Below are positions 10,066-20,544 of a stretch of DNA of 64,000 nucleotides, piece by piece; the first letter of the stretch is position 1, and every line of letters starts with the position of its first letter. The translations under genes and the position numbers were made by a program. Origin of the DNA: Faecousia sp. (GTDB taxonomy: Bacteria > Bacillota > Clostridia > Oscillospirales > Oscillospiraceae); contig JAZRQF010000074.1 in assembly GCA_045649605.1 (NCBI GenBank), positions 1,200 to 65,199 on the forward strand, read 5' to 3'. Below the pieces are notes generated by a model, which saw only the letters and a list, made by a program, of their open reading frames with translations, searched no databases and had not been told where the DNA came from.

Positions 10066-10344
10066 TTAGCCCTCAGCACGCATCTGAGCGAAGCACTCGC
10101 TGCAGAATACGGGACGGTCGGACTTGGGCTCAAAAGGAACCTTTGCCTCGCCGCCGCAGCGTGCGCAGGTAGCGGTGAAGAACTCACGGGGACCACGGGC
10201 GCTGGCCTTACGAGCGTCACGGCATGCCTTGCAGCGCTGGGGCTCATTCTGGAAGCCACGCTCTGCGTAGAATTCCTGCTCACCGGCGGTGAAAACGAAT
10301 TCGTTGCCGCACTCTTTGCAAACTAAAGTCTTGTCTTCGTACAT
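10066..10344 (-). CDS. Zinc-ribbon / CxxC-x17-CxxC domain protein
   Basis: DKTLVCKECG...EQEFY...PQRCKACR and CARCG...VPFEP...RPVFCSEC; GAGGT RBS. Confidence 0.88.
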   Translation of the reverse strand: MYEDKTLVCKECGNEFVFTAGEQEFYAERGFQNEPQRCKACRDARKASARGPREFFTATCARCGGEAKVPFEPKSDRPVFCSECFAQMRAEG

Positions 10345-10448
10345 TGTGTTTACCTCTCTTCGGTTAGTTGATGCCCCGTGAAAGCCCATCGAATCGACTG
10401 GATATAACGCAGGGTGAATATAGTTGGTGATAGTACACCACTTGAACC

Positions 10449-10477
10449 ATTGTACACAAAGAAAAATAATTTGTCAA
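10449..10477 (-). promoter_or_regulatory. Strong sigma-A promoter of the zinc-ribbon gene
   Basis: TTGACA-N17-TACAAT on the minus strand. Confidence 0.7.
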
Positions 10478-10526
10478 TACTCTATGAAATTATTTCCTTA
10501 TGTTTTTTGAGATTTGTGCAAATTTA

Positions 10527-11564
10527 TTAAATTGAAAACTGTGCCTGCCCATCAAACTGCAGACCGAGATGCTGATAAGCAAGGGGCGTTACACAGCGAC
10601 CACGGGGCGTACGGGTCAGGAAACCCAACTGCATCAGGTACGGCTCGTAAACATCTTCTAAGGTAATGGCTTCTTCGCCAATGGTGGCAGCCAAAGTTTC
10701 CAAACCCACCGGACCGCCGCCGTAATTCTGAATAATGGCGGTGAGCATGCGCCGGTCAATATTATCAAGACCTAACTGATCTACTTCCAGACGGGACAGC
10801 GCCAGATCGGCTGCTTCCTTGGTGATTACGCCGTCGCCCATAACCTGCGCGAAATCCCGCACACGGCGCAAAAAGCGGTTGGCAATACGGGGGGTGCCAC
10901 GGCTGCGGGAGGCGATCTCCATAGCGCCCTGGGGGTCGATCTCCATACCCAAAATGGTAGCGGAGCGTGTTACGATCCGGGCAAGTTCCTCGTTGGTGTA
11001 CAGTTCCAGTCGCAGGCTGACACCAAAGCGGTCACGTAGAGGGGCGGACAGCTGGCCGGCTCTGGTGGTTGCGCCTACCAAGGTGAACTTAGGCAGATCC
11101 AAGCGAATGGAGTTGGCGCTGGGGCCTTTGCCTACAATGATATCGATGGCAAAGTCCTCCATAGCCGGGTACAAAATCTCTTCGACCACCCGGTTCAAAC
11201 GGTGGATCTCGTCAATAAACAGAATGTCGCCGGGATTCAGGTTGGTCAGCAGTGCAGCCAGATCGCCGGGTTTTTCAATGGCAGGACCGGAGGTGATGCG
11301 GATATTCACACCCATTTCATTGGCAATAACACCGGCAAGGGTAGTCTTACCCAAACCGGGAGGGCCATACAGCAAGGTGTGATCCAGCGGCTCATTACGC
11401 TTCCGGGCAGCTTCAATATAAACAGACAGATTGCCCTTAGCCTTTTCCTGACCGGTATAGTCGGCCAGCAGCTTGGGACGCAGACCGATCTCGCCGGCAT
11501 CCTGGGGCGCAAAAGTGGGCGAAATGATCGGGGAAGTCAAATCTTCAGAAAATTCTAAACTCAT
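10527..11564 (-). CDS. ruvB: Holliday junction branch migration helicase
   Basis: [23 protein letters not shown] and [10 protein letters not shown] motifs. Confidence 0.97.
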   Translation of the reverse strand: MSLEFSEDLTSPIISPTFAPQDAGEIGLRPKLLADYTGQEKAKGNLSVYIEAARKRNEPLDHTLLYGPPGLGKTTLAGVIANEMGVNIRITSGPAIEKPGDLAALLTNLNPGDILFIDEIHRLNRVVEEILYPAMEDFAIDIIVGKGPSANSIRLDLPKFTLVGATTRAGQLSAPLRDRFGVSLRLELYTNEELARIVTRSATILGMEIDPQGAMEIASRSRGTPRIANRFLRRVRDFAQVMGDGVITKEAADLALSRLEVDQLGLDNIDRRMLTAIIQNYGGGPVGLETLAATIGEEAITLEDVYEPYLMQLGFLTRTPRGRCVTPLAYQHLGLQFDGQAQFSI

Positions 11565-11570
11565 ATCTAA

Positions 11571-12167
11571 TTACCCTTTCATTACCATCGCTCTGAGGGC
11601 AAAGCGAACCATTTCTTCCGTAGAGGCGTTGGGGTCAACACCCTTGAGGGCAGCGGCGATCTCAGAAGAGGAGTAACCCAACTCCTGCAATGCTGCTGTT
11701 GCCAGTGCTGCGTTGTTGCCGTGGGCGGGTGCGACGGATATGCCGGCGGAGAAGTCCAGTTCGGCAGAACTGCCACCCATTTTGTCCTTTAACTCCAGAA
11801 TGATGCGCTGGGCAATTTTCTTGCCTACGCCTTGGGCGGCGGTGAGCAGCTTTTCGTCTCCGGTCATAACAGCTAAGGTGAAATTCTGTGGACCGGCGCT
11901 TAAGATCGCCATAGCGGCCTTGGGGCCCACACCGTTGACAGAGGTCAGCAGTTCGTAACAATGCTGCTCTTCCTTGCTGGAAAAACCGTAAAGGTCAAAT
12001 GCATCCTCGCGGATGGATTCCGTAATGTACAGTCGGGCGGGCTGATTGACTTTCAGCTGCGCTGCGGTATATGCGGTGATACGGCAGCCATAGCCAACAC
12101 CGCCGCAGTCAATAACGGCAAGACCCGGCTCTAAAATGGTTACCGGACCGGAAACGTAATACAACAT
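11571..12167 (-). CDS. ruvA: Holliday junction DNA-binding subunit
   Basis: GGVGY, REDAFDLYGF, VNGVGPKAA and GVGKKIAQRIILELK motifs. Confidence 0.95.
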   Translation of the reverse strand: MLYYVSGPVTILEPGLAVIDCGGVGYGCRITAYTAAQLKVNQPARLYITESIREDAFDLYGFSSKEEQHCYELLTSVNGVGPKAAMAILSAGPQNFTLAVMTGDEKLLTAAQGVGKKIAQRIILELKDKMGGSSAELDFSAGISVAPAHGNNAALATAALQELGYSSSEIAAALKGVDPNASTEEMVRFALRAMVMKG

Positions 12168-12176
12168 GGAAAACAC

Positions 12177-12677
12177 CTACTTTTGTTGGATTTGTGCCAG
12201 CAAGGATGTGCTGGAACGGGCGTGGCAGAGCGCAATGGCGATGGCATCTGCCGCATCGTCAGGCTTGGGAAGCTTGTCCAGCTTCAAAAGCCGTTTAGTC
12301 ATGTCCTGCACCTGATGTTTGGTGGCATTGCCGTAACCCACAACAGCCTGCTTGACCTGCATGGGTTTATACTGGAAAACCGGCAGACCTGCCTGCCGGA
12401 TGGCAAGCAAAATTACACCACGGCTCTGGGCAACGCCAATACCGGTGGTTACGTTCTGCCCGAAGAACAGTTCTTCAATGGCAACGGCTTCCGGTTTTGC
12501 AGCATCTAATAGGGCGCGCATATCTTCGTAAATGATCTCCAGCCGGGCAGAGAAATCCATGCCTGCCGGCGTGGTGATCGCGCCGCATTTTAAAAGCTGA
12601 CAGTTGCCTCTCTGGGCCTCGATCAGACCGAAACCGGTGATGCCGTAACCGGGGTCAATACCAAGAATTCTCATCAC
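12177..12677 (-). CDS. ruvC: Crossover junction endodeoxyribonuclease
   Basis: ILGIDPG, AIEELFF and PDDAADAIAIA motifs. Confidence 0.96.
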   Translation of the reverse strand: MMRILGIDPGYGITGFGLIEAQRGNCQLLKCGAITTPAGMDFSARLEIIYEDMRALLDAAKPEAVAIEELFFGQNVTTGIGVAQSRGVILLAIRQAGLPVFQYKPMQVKQAVVGYGNATKHQVQDMTKRLLKLDKLPKPDDAADAIAIALCHARSSTSLLAQIQQK

Positions 12678-12705
12678 ATACCACCCAATAAAACGGATTA
12701 CCAGT

Positions 12706-12723
12706 ATTATAGCACAAATGTTT
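12706..12723 (-). promoter_or_regulatory. Extended -10 promoter with degenerate LexA (SOS/Cheo) box upstream of ruvCAB
   Basis: TGcTATAAT on the minus strand; GCAC-AAAT-GTTT at 12712-12723 against the GAAC-N4-GTTY consensus. Confidence 0.5.
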
Positions 12724-12752
12724 CACATTGCCTACACTTTTTTGCAAAAAGT

Positions 12753-12782
12753 TAATCCCCGGTCAGTTGACCGGGGATTTTT
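12753..12782 (-). terminator. Terminator after the GH2 gene
   Basis: AATCCCCGGTCA-gt-TGACCGGGGATT. Confidence 0.7.
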
Positions 12783-12783
12783 A

Positions 12784-15012
12784 TTATTTATAGCGGACGC
12801 CGCGGAGCAGCTTGTCCAAAACGTCAAAATCTTCTTCGTCCATGCATGCCTTAATGGTTGCCAAATCACGCATCTGCTTGACGTTGTAGGTTGGGTTGTC
12901 CCGGTACTGGGGCAGAGAAGAAACAAACTTGAAGCGGTAGCCAAGATCTACGGACTGCTTGGACATGATCCAGCCACGTACCAGCTCAAAGCAGCGCTGA
13001 TTGCTCAGCAGTTCGCCCATGGGTAGGCGGCTGTGGTAGCCGTTTTCGCCGTAATCTTCCTTGTCATCCTGCTCGAAGAACCAGTTGCCGGCCTGCAGCG
13101 CAACAGCCAGATCGGGCAGATCATAGGCTTCGTTATGGATGGCAACGCCGTTTAAGGTGATGGTGTCGGATACATTGCCGGAGACAGCGGTCAAGGTGTT
13201 TTCGCCATCGATCAGCGGTACTGCGGGGAATACAACCGCATGGTCAACCGCGTCCATAGTGGCATATTCTTTGCCGTTGAGGAACAAGGTTACCCGGTCG
13301 CAGTTGGTGTATACCGTTACGTCACGCTCATCCGGTGCTCGGTCTGCAAACCGTCTGCCGGAGATATGGACCATGGGTTTCTTGGACCAGTAAGCCTGAT
13401 AGATAAAGAAGGGATCTTTCTTTATCTTGCGGTCGTAGGTGATCAGACCCTTGTTGTTGCGACCCTTCACACCGCCCTCGTTACGCAGGTCAGCGGCAAA
13501 ATCAAACATATTCCATACGTGGGTCGACCACAGCCAGGGACGAGCCTCAAATACCTTCAGCAGCTCGTGGTGATACAGACATGCGTATTCTTCTGTGTAG
13601 TCGTGGTTGATGGGGGTGGCAGAGTGCCATGTAAGAATGCACTCTACGCCGTATTCGGAAATGCCCAAGGTCCGGTCCGGGTGGGTGGCATGGAATTTGT
13701 CGATCCACGGACCGTTATCTGCCACTGTGCCGGTGTACCAGCCGTGGTAAATGTTATAACTTTGAATGTCGGTGATCTGAATTTGTTGGTCGGTAATGGG
13801 CAGACGGCTCAGCTGCGCCATGGTGGTCAGCCGGTGAGGGTCAAGCCGCTTGGCAAGGGCATTCAGATCGCAGAGGTTTTGATATTGCTCTTCGGAGATG
13901 TCGTAAATGGTGATCTCGTTGGCAATACCCCAGAACAGAATGCTGGGATGGTTATAGCACTGGGCGATCAGCTCGGTCATTTGGCTCATGGTGTTGTCAT
14001 AAGCATCTTTGCCCGGCATGTGCATGCTGATGTAAGGAATTTCCGCCCAAATGGCAAAGCCTTCCTTGTCGCACAGATCGTAGAAATACTGGTCGTGCTG
14101 ATAGTGGGCAAGGCGAATGGTATTTGCGCCGATCTCTTTGATCATGGAAATATCTTCTTCGTGTTCCTTGCGGGAGATCGCCCAACCCATATTTTCCCGA
14201 TCCTGATGGCGGCATACACCACGCAGGGGCGTGGACTTGCCGTTGAGGAAGAAACCATACTCCGCATCTACACGGAAGCTGCGGTAGCCATATGTAACGG
14301 TAACCTGATCCAGTTCTGTGCCGTCCCGGAGCAGAGTGGCCTTTGCCTGGTAGCAATAGGGATCTTCCATGCCCTGCCACAGATGGACGTTTTCCAAAGT
14401 GGTGATGATATGGGTGTGAGGTTGGGCATCTACGGTGGTATCGTATACGGCATGACCTTCCTGATCCAGCAGTTCCAGACGGATCTGGCAATTCTCGGCA
14501 CTTACCGGGAACAGATCCACACGGGTAAAGCCGCCGCTGTAAGCGGTGACAAACACAGCTTCTGTGCCGTGTTTCATTAGGTCAAAGTGGGCATCTTCCA
14601 CTTCCACAAAATATACATCCCGGTACAGTCCGCCAAAGAAGGTAAAGTCTGCTCGCTGGGGATAGACATCGCAGATCTCATTGGTCACAGATACGGTGAG
14701 CATGTTGTTTTCTGCCTGCATTACCTCCGTCAGTTCAAAACGGAAGGTGGAGAAACCGCCCTTGTGGGTACCCAGTTCGGTGCCGTTGCAGGAGACGGTG
14801 GCGATATGGTTTGCGCCACGGATCTCGATATACTGCCGCTTACCCGGTGTGGGCGCAGGCAGGGGGATTTCGTAAGTGCCTACACCACGGTAGTAGTCGT
14901 TGCCGCCGTCCTGACCGTCCAGATTATTCCAAGTATGGGGAAGGGTGACGGGGGAAAAGGCTTCGCCGGCTTTGGCAAAATTGGCCTTCTGTAAAAGTTG
15001 ATAATTTCTCAT
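12784..15012 (-). CDS. Glycoside hydrolase family 2 (beta-galactosidase/glucuronidase-like), cytoplasmic
   Basis: LPHTWN, ADFTFFGGLYR, GANTIRLAHY, WGIANE (acid/base) and ISEYG (nucleophile); no signal peptide. Confidence 0.92.
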   Translation of the reverse strand: MRNYQLLQKANFAKAGEAFSPVTLPHTWNNLDGQDGGNDYYRGVGTYEIPLPAPTPGKRQYIEIRGANHIATVSCNGTELGTHKGGFSTFRFELTEVMQAENNMLTVSVTNEICDVYPQRADFTFFGGLYRDVYFVEVEDAHFDLMKHGTEAVFVTAYSGGFTRVDLFPVSAENCQIRLELLDQEGHAVYDTTVDAQPHTHIITTLENVHLWQGMEDPYCYQAKATLLRDGTELDQVTVTYGYRSFRVDAEYGFFLNGKSTPLRGVCRHQDRENMGWAISRKEHEEDISMIKEIGANTIRLAHYQHDQYFYDLCDKEGFAIWAEIPYISMHMPGKDAYDNTMSQMTELIAQCYNHPSILFWGIANEITIYDISEEQYQNLCDLNALAKRLDPHRLTTMAQLSRLPITDQQIQITDIQSYNIYHGWYTGTVADNGPWIDKFHATHPDRTLGISEYGVECILTWHSATPINHDYTEEYACLYHHELLKVFEARPWLWSTHVWNMFDFAADLRNEGGVKGRNNKGLITYDRKIKKDPFFIYQAYWSKKPMVHISGRRFADRAPDERDVTVYTNCDRVTLFLNGKEYATMDAVDHAVVFPAVPLIDGENTLTAVSGNVSDTITLNGVAIHNEAYDLPDLAVALQAGNWFFEQDDKEDYGENGYHSRLPMGELLSNQRCFELVRGWIMSKQSVDLGYRFKFVSSLPQYRDNPTYNVKQMRDLATIKACMDEEDFDVLDKLLRGVRYK

Positions 15013-15130
15013 ATTTTCAACTCCTTGGTATCAGATACTCTCATTATAGCTGATACGGTTTCTAAAATATAGAGATATCGGTTCAAAAAAGATTGCAAAT
15101 CGTTTCAAAAATGAAAAATAGGTTCATCAT

Positions 15131-15159
15131 ACATGATTTGCGCTTGTTGGGAAATACTG
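15131..15159 (+). promoter_or_regulatory. Possible sigma-F/sigma-G-type promoter of the eut operon
   Basis: ACATG-N14-GGAAATACTG about 20 nt before the GTG start. Confidence 0.35.
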
Positions 15160-15180
15160 CTTGTAAAAGGCGGTGGAGAT

Positions 15181-16263
15181 GTGGAACGTTTTTCTTGTAA
15201 AACCAAAATTCTGTCCGGACCGGGCAGTGTGGCGTACCTTTCGGAATTGAAAATCAGCAGATTGCTGCTGGTATCTGACCCTTATTTTGTGAGTAACGGA
15301 ACAGCAGACCGGATATTGGCATGCTCCGGTGCGGCTCACACAAAGATCTTTGACGGGGTGCAGCCGGACCCTTCTGTTACCTTGGCGGCAGAGGGTACAG
15401 CTTTGGTGCGGGAGTTTCAGCCGGATGCCATTGTGGCGTTGGGAGGCGGCAGCGCTATGGATTGCGCTAAGGCGATGGCGTATTTTTCCGGGGTGCAAGC
15501 TTTGTTGGTGGCAATTCCCACCACTTCCGGGTCTGGGTCGGAAGTTACCGAATTTGCTATTTTGACCCACCAAAGCACAAAGCACCCGCTGGTTGATCCA
15601 AAGCTTTGCCCGGATGTGGCTATTTTGGACAGCGATCTTTTGCGGGCGCTGCCAAAAACGTTGGTGGCGGATACGGGTTTTGATGTATTGACCCATGCGC
15701 TGGAGGCGCTGGTTGCCAAGGGCGCGGGGGCAATTACCGACGCACTGGCAAAAGAGGCCTTTCGCATAACCTTTTCCCGATTGCCTGCCAGCTATGGTGG
15801 CAGAACGGATGTGCGTGGGTCTATTCATGCAGCGGCAACCATGGCAGGTATGGCGTTTACCCAAGCAGGTTTGGGTTTGTGTCATGCCATGGCCCATAGT
15901 TTGGGCGGGATCTTTCATATTCCCCATGGGCGGCTGAATGCGATTTTGCTGCCTTCGGTGATTGCCTGCAACGCCCATCTTTGCGGCGAGAAGTATGCCA
16001 ATCTGGCGCGGCAAGCAGGTCTGCCCGGGGCGGCAGATACGGTTGCGGTGCGGAATTTAATAAACGGTCTCATTCGTATGCGGCGGGAAATGGGTATGCC
16101 CCAAACCTTAAAAGAGGCAGGGATCGATCCCCGAAAAGTACGCTTTTCTACAGCGCAGATCGTCCGGGATACGCTGGCAGACCCTTGTTGCGCAGGCAAT
16201 CCCTTGCCGGTGGAGGAGTTCATGGTGCGCAACATTTTAGAAGAGGTAACCGGCCGTGGCTGA
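15181..16263 (+). CDS. eutG: Iron-containing alcohol dehydrogenase (EutG/PduQ-like)
   Basis: ALGGGSAMD, PTTSGSGSEVT, DVLTHALE, GLCHAMAH and PHG motifs; first gene of the eut cluster. Confidence 0.85.
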   Translation: MERFSCKTKILSGPGSVAYLSELKISRLLLVSDPYFVSNGTADRILACSGAAHTKIFDGVQPDPSVTLAAEGTALVREFQPDAIVALGGGSAMDCAKAMAYFSGVQALLVAIPTTSGSGSEVTEFAILTHQSTKHPLVDPKLCPDVAILDSDLLRALPKTLVADTGFDVLTHALEALVAKGAGAITDALAKEAFRITFSRLPASYGGRTDVRGSIHAAATMAGMAFTQAGLGLCHAMAHSLGGIFHIPHGRLNAILLPSVIACNAHLCGEKYANLARQAGLPGAADTVAVRNLINGLIRMRREMGMPQTLKEAGIDPRKVRFSTAQIVRDTLADPCCAGNPLPVEEFMVRNILEEVTGRG

Positions 16264-17632
16264 TCGCTTGCTGTCGGTGGGTTTGGATGTGGGGACTACC
16301 ACAACCCAACTGATTTTATCCCGGTTGTCTGTGGAGAACAAAGCATCCGGTTTTGCTGTGCCGGAGATGGAGATTGCCCAGCGGGAAGTGATTTACCGCA
16401 GTCCGGTGCATTTTACGCCGCTTTTGGATCAAAACCGGGTAGATGGCGATGCCATTGGCCGTTTGGTAGCAGCTGAATACGAAAAAGCGGGCATCCAGCG
16501 GCAAGATGTGGACACCGGCGCAATTATTATCACCGGAGAAACCTCCCGGAAGGAAAATGCGGCGGCAGTATTGGCGGCGCTTTCCGGGTTTGCCGGTGAC
16601 TTTGTAGCGGCTACGGCAGGACCGGATTTGGAGAGTATACTGGCGGCAAAAGGCGCCGGGGCGGTGGCGTTTTCAGAGCAAACCGGCAAACGGGTTTTGC
16701 ATATGGATATCGGCGGCGGTACCAGCAATCTGGCATTGATCGATGAGGGGAAGATCCTGCAAACCGGCTGTCTGAATGTAGGCGGCAGACTGGTTAAAAT
16801 GGATGCCCAAGGACGTGTAAGCTATGTATCCCCGGTGCTGTCGGGGTTAACGGATTTACGGGTAGGGGATGTGCCCTCTGAGGCGGCGCTGATGCAGATT
16901 GCGGATCAGTTAACCTCGGCGCTGGAAATGGCGGCAGGTTTGCGGCAACCCACCGAACTTCTAAACCGGTTGATGACCCGGGAGATCGCAACGGATTGGG
17001 AAATTCCCTCAAAGGGCGCGGTGATCTCCTTTTCCGGTGGCGTGGCGGATTGTATCGGCGGTGCGTCGGGGCAGTTTGGCGATATTGGCGTGTATTTGGG
17101 TAAAGCGATCCAAAGAAGCTTGCTGTGTCAAGGAGAATACATGCTGGGGCAGGAGACCATTCGCGCCACGGTGATTGGCGCAGGCAGCCACAGCGCCCGG
17201 TTGTCCGGCAGCACGGTATTTTATCGGGATGTATGTCTGCCTATGAAAAATTTGCCGGTGGCAGTGTTTACCCGGCAAGAGCAGGATGGGCAGGACTTGG
17301 CAGAGCGGATCCGGCAACGCTTGCGGCAGCAGGATACAGAAACGGTGGTTTTGGCATTGCCGGGATACCCAGCAGCCAGCTACAGTCAGGTAGAGGAACT
17401 GGCAAAACAGTTGATAGACGGAATCAAGGATAAGCCGTTTCTCATATGTCTGGAAGTGGATATGGCGAAAGCCTTGGGACAAAAGCTTTGTTTGCTGCTG
17501 CCACCGGGAACACCTTGCTTATGCATTGACCGGATAAAGCTGACAGACAGCAGTTTTCTGGACATCGGCTGCCCCGTTGGACCGGCATTTCCGGTGGTGA
17601 TCAAGACCTTGGTATTGGAGAGTAGAACATGA
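16256..17632 (+). CDS. eutA: Ethanolamine ammonia-lyase reactivating factor
   Basis: SVGLDVGTTTTQL, GAIIITGETSRKENA, AGPDLESILAAKGAG, DIGGGTSN and ETIRATVIGAG motifs. Confidence 0.93.
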   Translation: MADRLLSVGLDVGTTTTQLILSRLSVENKASGFAVPEMEIAQREVIYRSPVHFTPLLDQNRVDGDAIGRLVAAEYEKAGIQRQDVDTGAIIITGETSRKENAAAVLAALSGFAGDFVAATAGPDLESILAAKGAGAVAFSEQTGKRVLHMDIGGGTSNLALIDEGKILQTGCLNVGGRLVKMDAQGRVSYVSPVLSGLTDLRVGDVPSEAALMQIADQLTSALEMAAGLRQPTELLNRLMTREIATDWEIPSKGAVISFSGGVADCIGGASGQFGDIGVYLGKAIQRSLLCQGEYMLGQETIRATVIGAGSHSARLSGSTVFYRDVCLPMKNLPVAVFTRQEQDGQDLAERIRQRLRQQDTETVVLALPGYPAASYSQVEELAKQLIDGIKDKPFLICLEVDMAKALGQKLCLLLPPGTPCLCIDRIKLTDSSFLDIGCPVGPAFPVVIKTLVLESRT

Positions 17633-18993
17633 AATTAAAAACAACATTGTTAGGAAAAACATATGTTTTCAAGGATTTGAAGCAGGTGCTTGCAAAAGCA
17701 AATGAGGAGAAAACCGGTGACAAGTTGGCAGGTTTGGCGGCGGAGACTGCTCAAGAACGGGTTGCAGCAAAGGTAGTGCTGTCGGCGGTAACTTTGCAGC
17801 AGCTTCGGGAAAATCCTGCTGTGCCTTATGAGACTGACGAGGTTACCCGCATTATTCAGGACGATGTGAACGAAGCGGTGTATAACAAGATCAAGAACTG
17901 GTCGGTAGCAGAATTGCGAGAGTGGATTTTAAGCGAGAAAACCACCGGTAGTGACATTCGTCGCATCAGCCGGGGTCTGACCTCGGAAATGGTGGCGGCG
18001 GTTGCCAAGTTGATGAGCAATCTGGATCTTATTTATGCCGCCAACAAGATCACCGTGACGGCCCATTGCAACACCACTATCGGTTTACCGGGAACACTTA
18101 GCTGCCGCTTGCAGCCGAACCACACCACCGATGACCCCGACGGCATTACCGCCTCGGTGTTGGAGGGGTTGAGCTTTGGCGCAGGTGATGCGGTGATTGG
18201 CTTAAATCCCGTAACCGACAGTCCGGAGCAGGTGGGCAAGGTGCTGCGCCGGTTTCAGGAAATCAAGGAGCATTGGCAAATTCCTACCCAAATCTGCGTA
18301 TTGGCACACATCACCGCCCAGATCAAGGCGGTCAAGGCCGGTGCGCCATGCGATCTGATCTTCCAGTCCACCGCCGGCAGCGAGCAGGGCAATGCGGCGT
18401 TTGGCTTTAATGCGGCGACGGTGCAGGAGGCAAAAGACCTTTTGTTGCGTGAGGGTACAGCAGAAGGTCCCAATGTGCTGTATTTTGAGACCGGTCAGGG
18501 TTCGGAGCTGTCCTCCAATGCCCACCATGATACGGATCAGGTAACCATGGAGGCCCGGTGTTACGGCTTTGCCAAACATTTCTCACCCTTCTTGGTGAAC
18601 ACGGTGGTTGGCTTTATCGGCCCGGAGTATTTGTACGATGCCCGGCAGGTTACCCGTGCAGGTCTTGAGGATCATTTCATGGGCAAGCTCACCGGTATTT
18701 CCATGGGTTGCGACTGCTGTTATACCAATCACATGAAGGCAGATCAGAACGATATTGAAAATTTGGCGGCGCTTCTTACCATGGCAGGCTGTAACTACTT
18801 CATGGGTATTCCCCACGGCGATGATATTATGCTCAATTACCAGACCACCGGTTTCCGGGAGACGGCGGCGCTGCGTGAGATCACCGGAAAAACTGCGATT
18901 CCGGAATTCCAGCGCTGGTTGGAGAAAATGGGATTCTGGGAAAACGGAAAACTGACAGCAAAGGCCGGAGACGGCTCCAGCCTGCTGTTTTGA
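17629..18993 (+). CDS. eutB: Ethanolamine ammonia-lyase large subunit
   Basis: RLQPNHTTDD, YFETGQGSELS, NTVVGFIGPEYLY and DDIMLNYQTT motifs. Confidence 0.97.
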   Translation: MKLKTTLLGKTYVFKDLKQVLAKANEEKTGDKLAGLAAETAQERVAAKVVLSAVTLQQLRENPAVPYETDEVTRIIQDDVNEAVYNKIKNWSVAELREWILSEKTTGSDIRRISRGLTSEMVAAVAKLMSNLDLIYAANKITVTAHCNTTIGLPGTLSCRLQPNHTTDDPDGITASVLEGLSFGAGDAVIGLNPVTDSPEQVGKVLRRFQEIKEHWQIPTQICVLAHITAQIKAVKAGAPCDLIFQSTAGSEQGNAAFGFNAATVQEAKDLLLREGTAEGPNVLYFETGQGSELSSNAHHDTDQVTMEARCYGFAKHFSPFLVNTVVGFIGPEYLYDARQVTRAGLEDHFMGKLTGISMGCDCCYTNHMKADQNDIENLAALLTMAGCNYFMGIPHGDDIMLNYQTTGFRETAALREITGKTAIPEFQRWLEKMGFWENGKLTAKAGDGSSLLF

Positions 18994-19008
18994 AAGGCGG
19001 TGGCATGA

Positions 19009-19917
19009 TTGAATAAGCGTGAATTAACTGCCATGGTGGCAGAGATCTTGCAGAGCATGGGACAAGAACCCATGGTAAAAGCCAGTGAGTACAAACCGAC
19101 CGATTCCGGCCCGGAAGCCAAGGATACCCATTACCACGACGGAGACTTTGTGCAGGACGTAACGGCCTTGGATCTTCGCAAGCTGTACTTGGTAGACAGT
19201 CCGAAAGATGCAGAGAAATACCGCCGGTTAAAGGAAAAAACACCGGCAAGATTGGGTTCTGGCAAAGCCGGCGCCCGGTATAAGACGCTGACCATGCTGC
19301 GTTTTCGTGCCGACCATGCGGCGGCGCAGGATGCGGTGTTTTCTCAAATCCCCGAGGATTATGCGGCGAAACACGATCTCGTAGCAGTGCAGACCCAATG
19401 CCATGACAAAGATGAATATCTGACCCGTCCCGACAAAGGACGGTGCTTTGATACGGAAAATCAGAATAAGATCCGCTCTGCCATAACCGGCACGCCCAAG
19501 GTGCAGATCGTGGTAGGAGACGGCCTTTCTTCTGCGGCGATCCTTGCCAACGCAGCCGATTGCATGGCTGCCATTCGGGACGGTTTGAAGCTGAAAGGGA
19601 TTGAAACCGGAAAAGGTATTTTTGTCCGCTATTGCCGTGTAGGTGCCGGTGATGCGGTAGGCGATGTTACCGGCTGTGAGGTAGTGTGTGTGCTGGTAGG
19701 CGAGCGCCCCGGTCTGGTAACGGATAAGAGTATGTCTGCCTATATCACCTATAAACCCCATACCGGTGTGCTGGAATCTGCCCGGACAGTCGTTTCCAAC
19801 ATTCATGCCCAGGGCACACCGGCGGTGGAAGCAGGCGCATTTGTGGCGGATTTGATTGCAACGATTTTGCAAAAGAAAGTTTCCGGTGTAGGACTGCATT
19901 TGGAGGGATCGGTATGA
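19009..19917 (+). CDS. eutC: Ethanolamine ammonia-lyase small subunit
   Basis: TPARLG, RFRADHAAAQDAV, YLTRPDKGR, DGLSS and GERPGL motifs. Confidence 0.96.
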   Translation: MNKRELTAMVAEILQSMGQEPMVKASEYKPTDSGPEAKDTHYHDGDFVQDVTALDLRKLYLVDSPKDAEKYRRLKEKTPARLGSGKAGARYKTLTMLRFRADHAAAQDAVFSQIPEDYAAKHDLVAVQTQCHDKDEYLTRPDKGRCFDTENQNKIRSAITGTPKVQIVVGDGLSSAAILANAADCMAAIRDGLKLKGIETGKGIFVRYCRVGAGDAVGDVTGCEVVCVLVGERPGLVTDKSMSAYITYKPHTGVLESARTVVSNIHAQGTPAVEAGAFVADLIATILQKKVSGVGLHLEGSV

Positions 19918-20540
19918 TTCCCGTCAAGGTTTTGGCGGTGCGGTATCTTGCCAACGCAGCAGCGCCTCTGTGTCAAGCATTGGGCGCACCGGAAGGGTAT
20001 ACTTCCTTGGGAATGCTGACAACGGATTCAGACGATGCGACCTATATCGCGCTGGATGAAGCCACCAAGGCGGCAGATGTGCAGGTCTGCTATGGCCGCA
20101 GCTTTTATGCAGGCGCAGCCAACGCATCTACGCCCAATGCCGGAGAAGTGATCGGCATTCTGGCGGGGAAAACACCGGGAGCGGTGCGCAGCGGTATGGA
20201 GGCGGCATTGTCTGCTTTGCAGCAGGTGGGATTTGAAAGCGTAAACGATGTACCTTACCTTGCCTACACGGTCAGCCGCAGCGGTAGTTATCTGTCGGCG
20301 GCGGCAGGGGTGTCTGAGGGGTCACCGCTGGCATATCTCATTGCTCCGCCGCTGGAGAGTATGTATGCCATGGATGCGGCATTAAAAGCGGCAGATGTAA
20401 AATTATGTAAACTATATGAGCCCCCGAGCGAGACCAATTTTGGCGGCGGTTTGCTGACCGGAACCCGATCCGCCTGCCAAGCCGCTTGCGCCGCTTTTGG
20501 GGCGGCGGTGGCGGAAGTAGCGGCAAGACCAAAGGAGTGA
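19914..20540 (+). CDS. eutL: BMC tandem-domain shell protein
   Basis: DDATYIALDEATK, SFYAGA, YLIAPPLE and PPSETNFGGGLLTG motifs. Confidence 0.93.
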   Translation: MIPVKVLAVRYLANAAAPLCQALGAPEGYTSLGMLTTDSDDATYIALDEATKAADVQVCYGRSFYAGAANASTPNAGEVIGILAGKTPGAVRSGMEAALSALQQVGFESVNDVPYLAYTVSRSGSYLSAAAGVSEGSPLAYLIAPPLESMYAMDAALKAADVKLCKLYEPPSETNFGGGLLTGTRSACQAACAAFGAAVAEVAARPKE

Positions 20541-20544
20541 GTTT

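Noticed and set aside
15013-15180. Cobalamin riboswitch or ANTAR hairpins upstream of eut
   Set aside because: The region is short and AT-rich with no B12 box or paired ANTAR stem-loops
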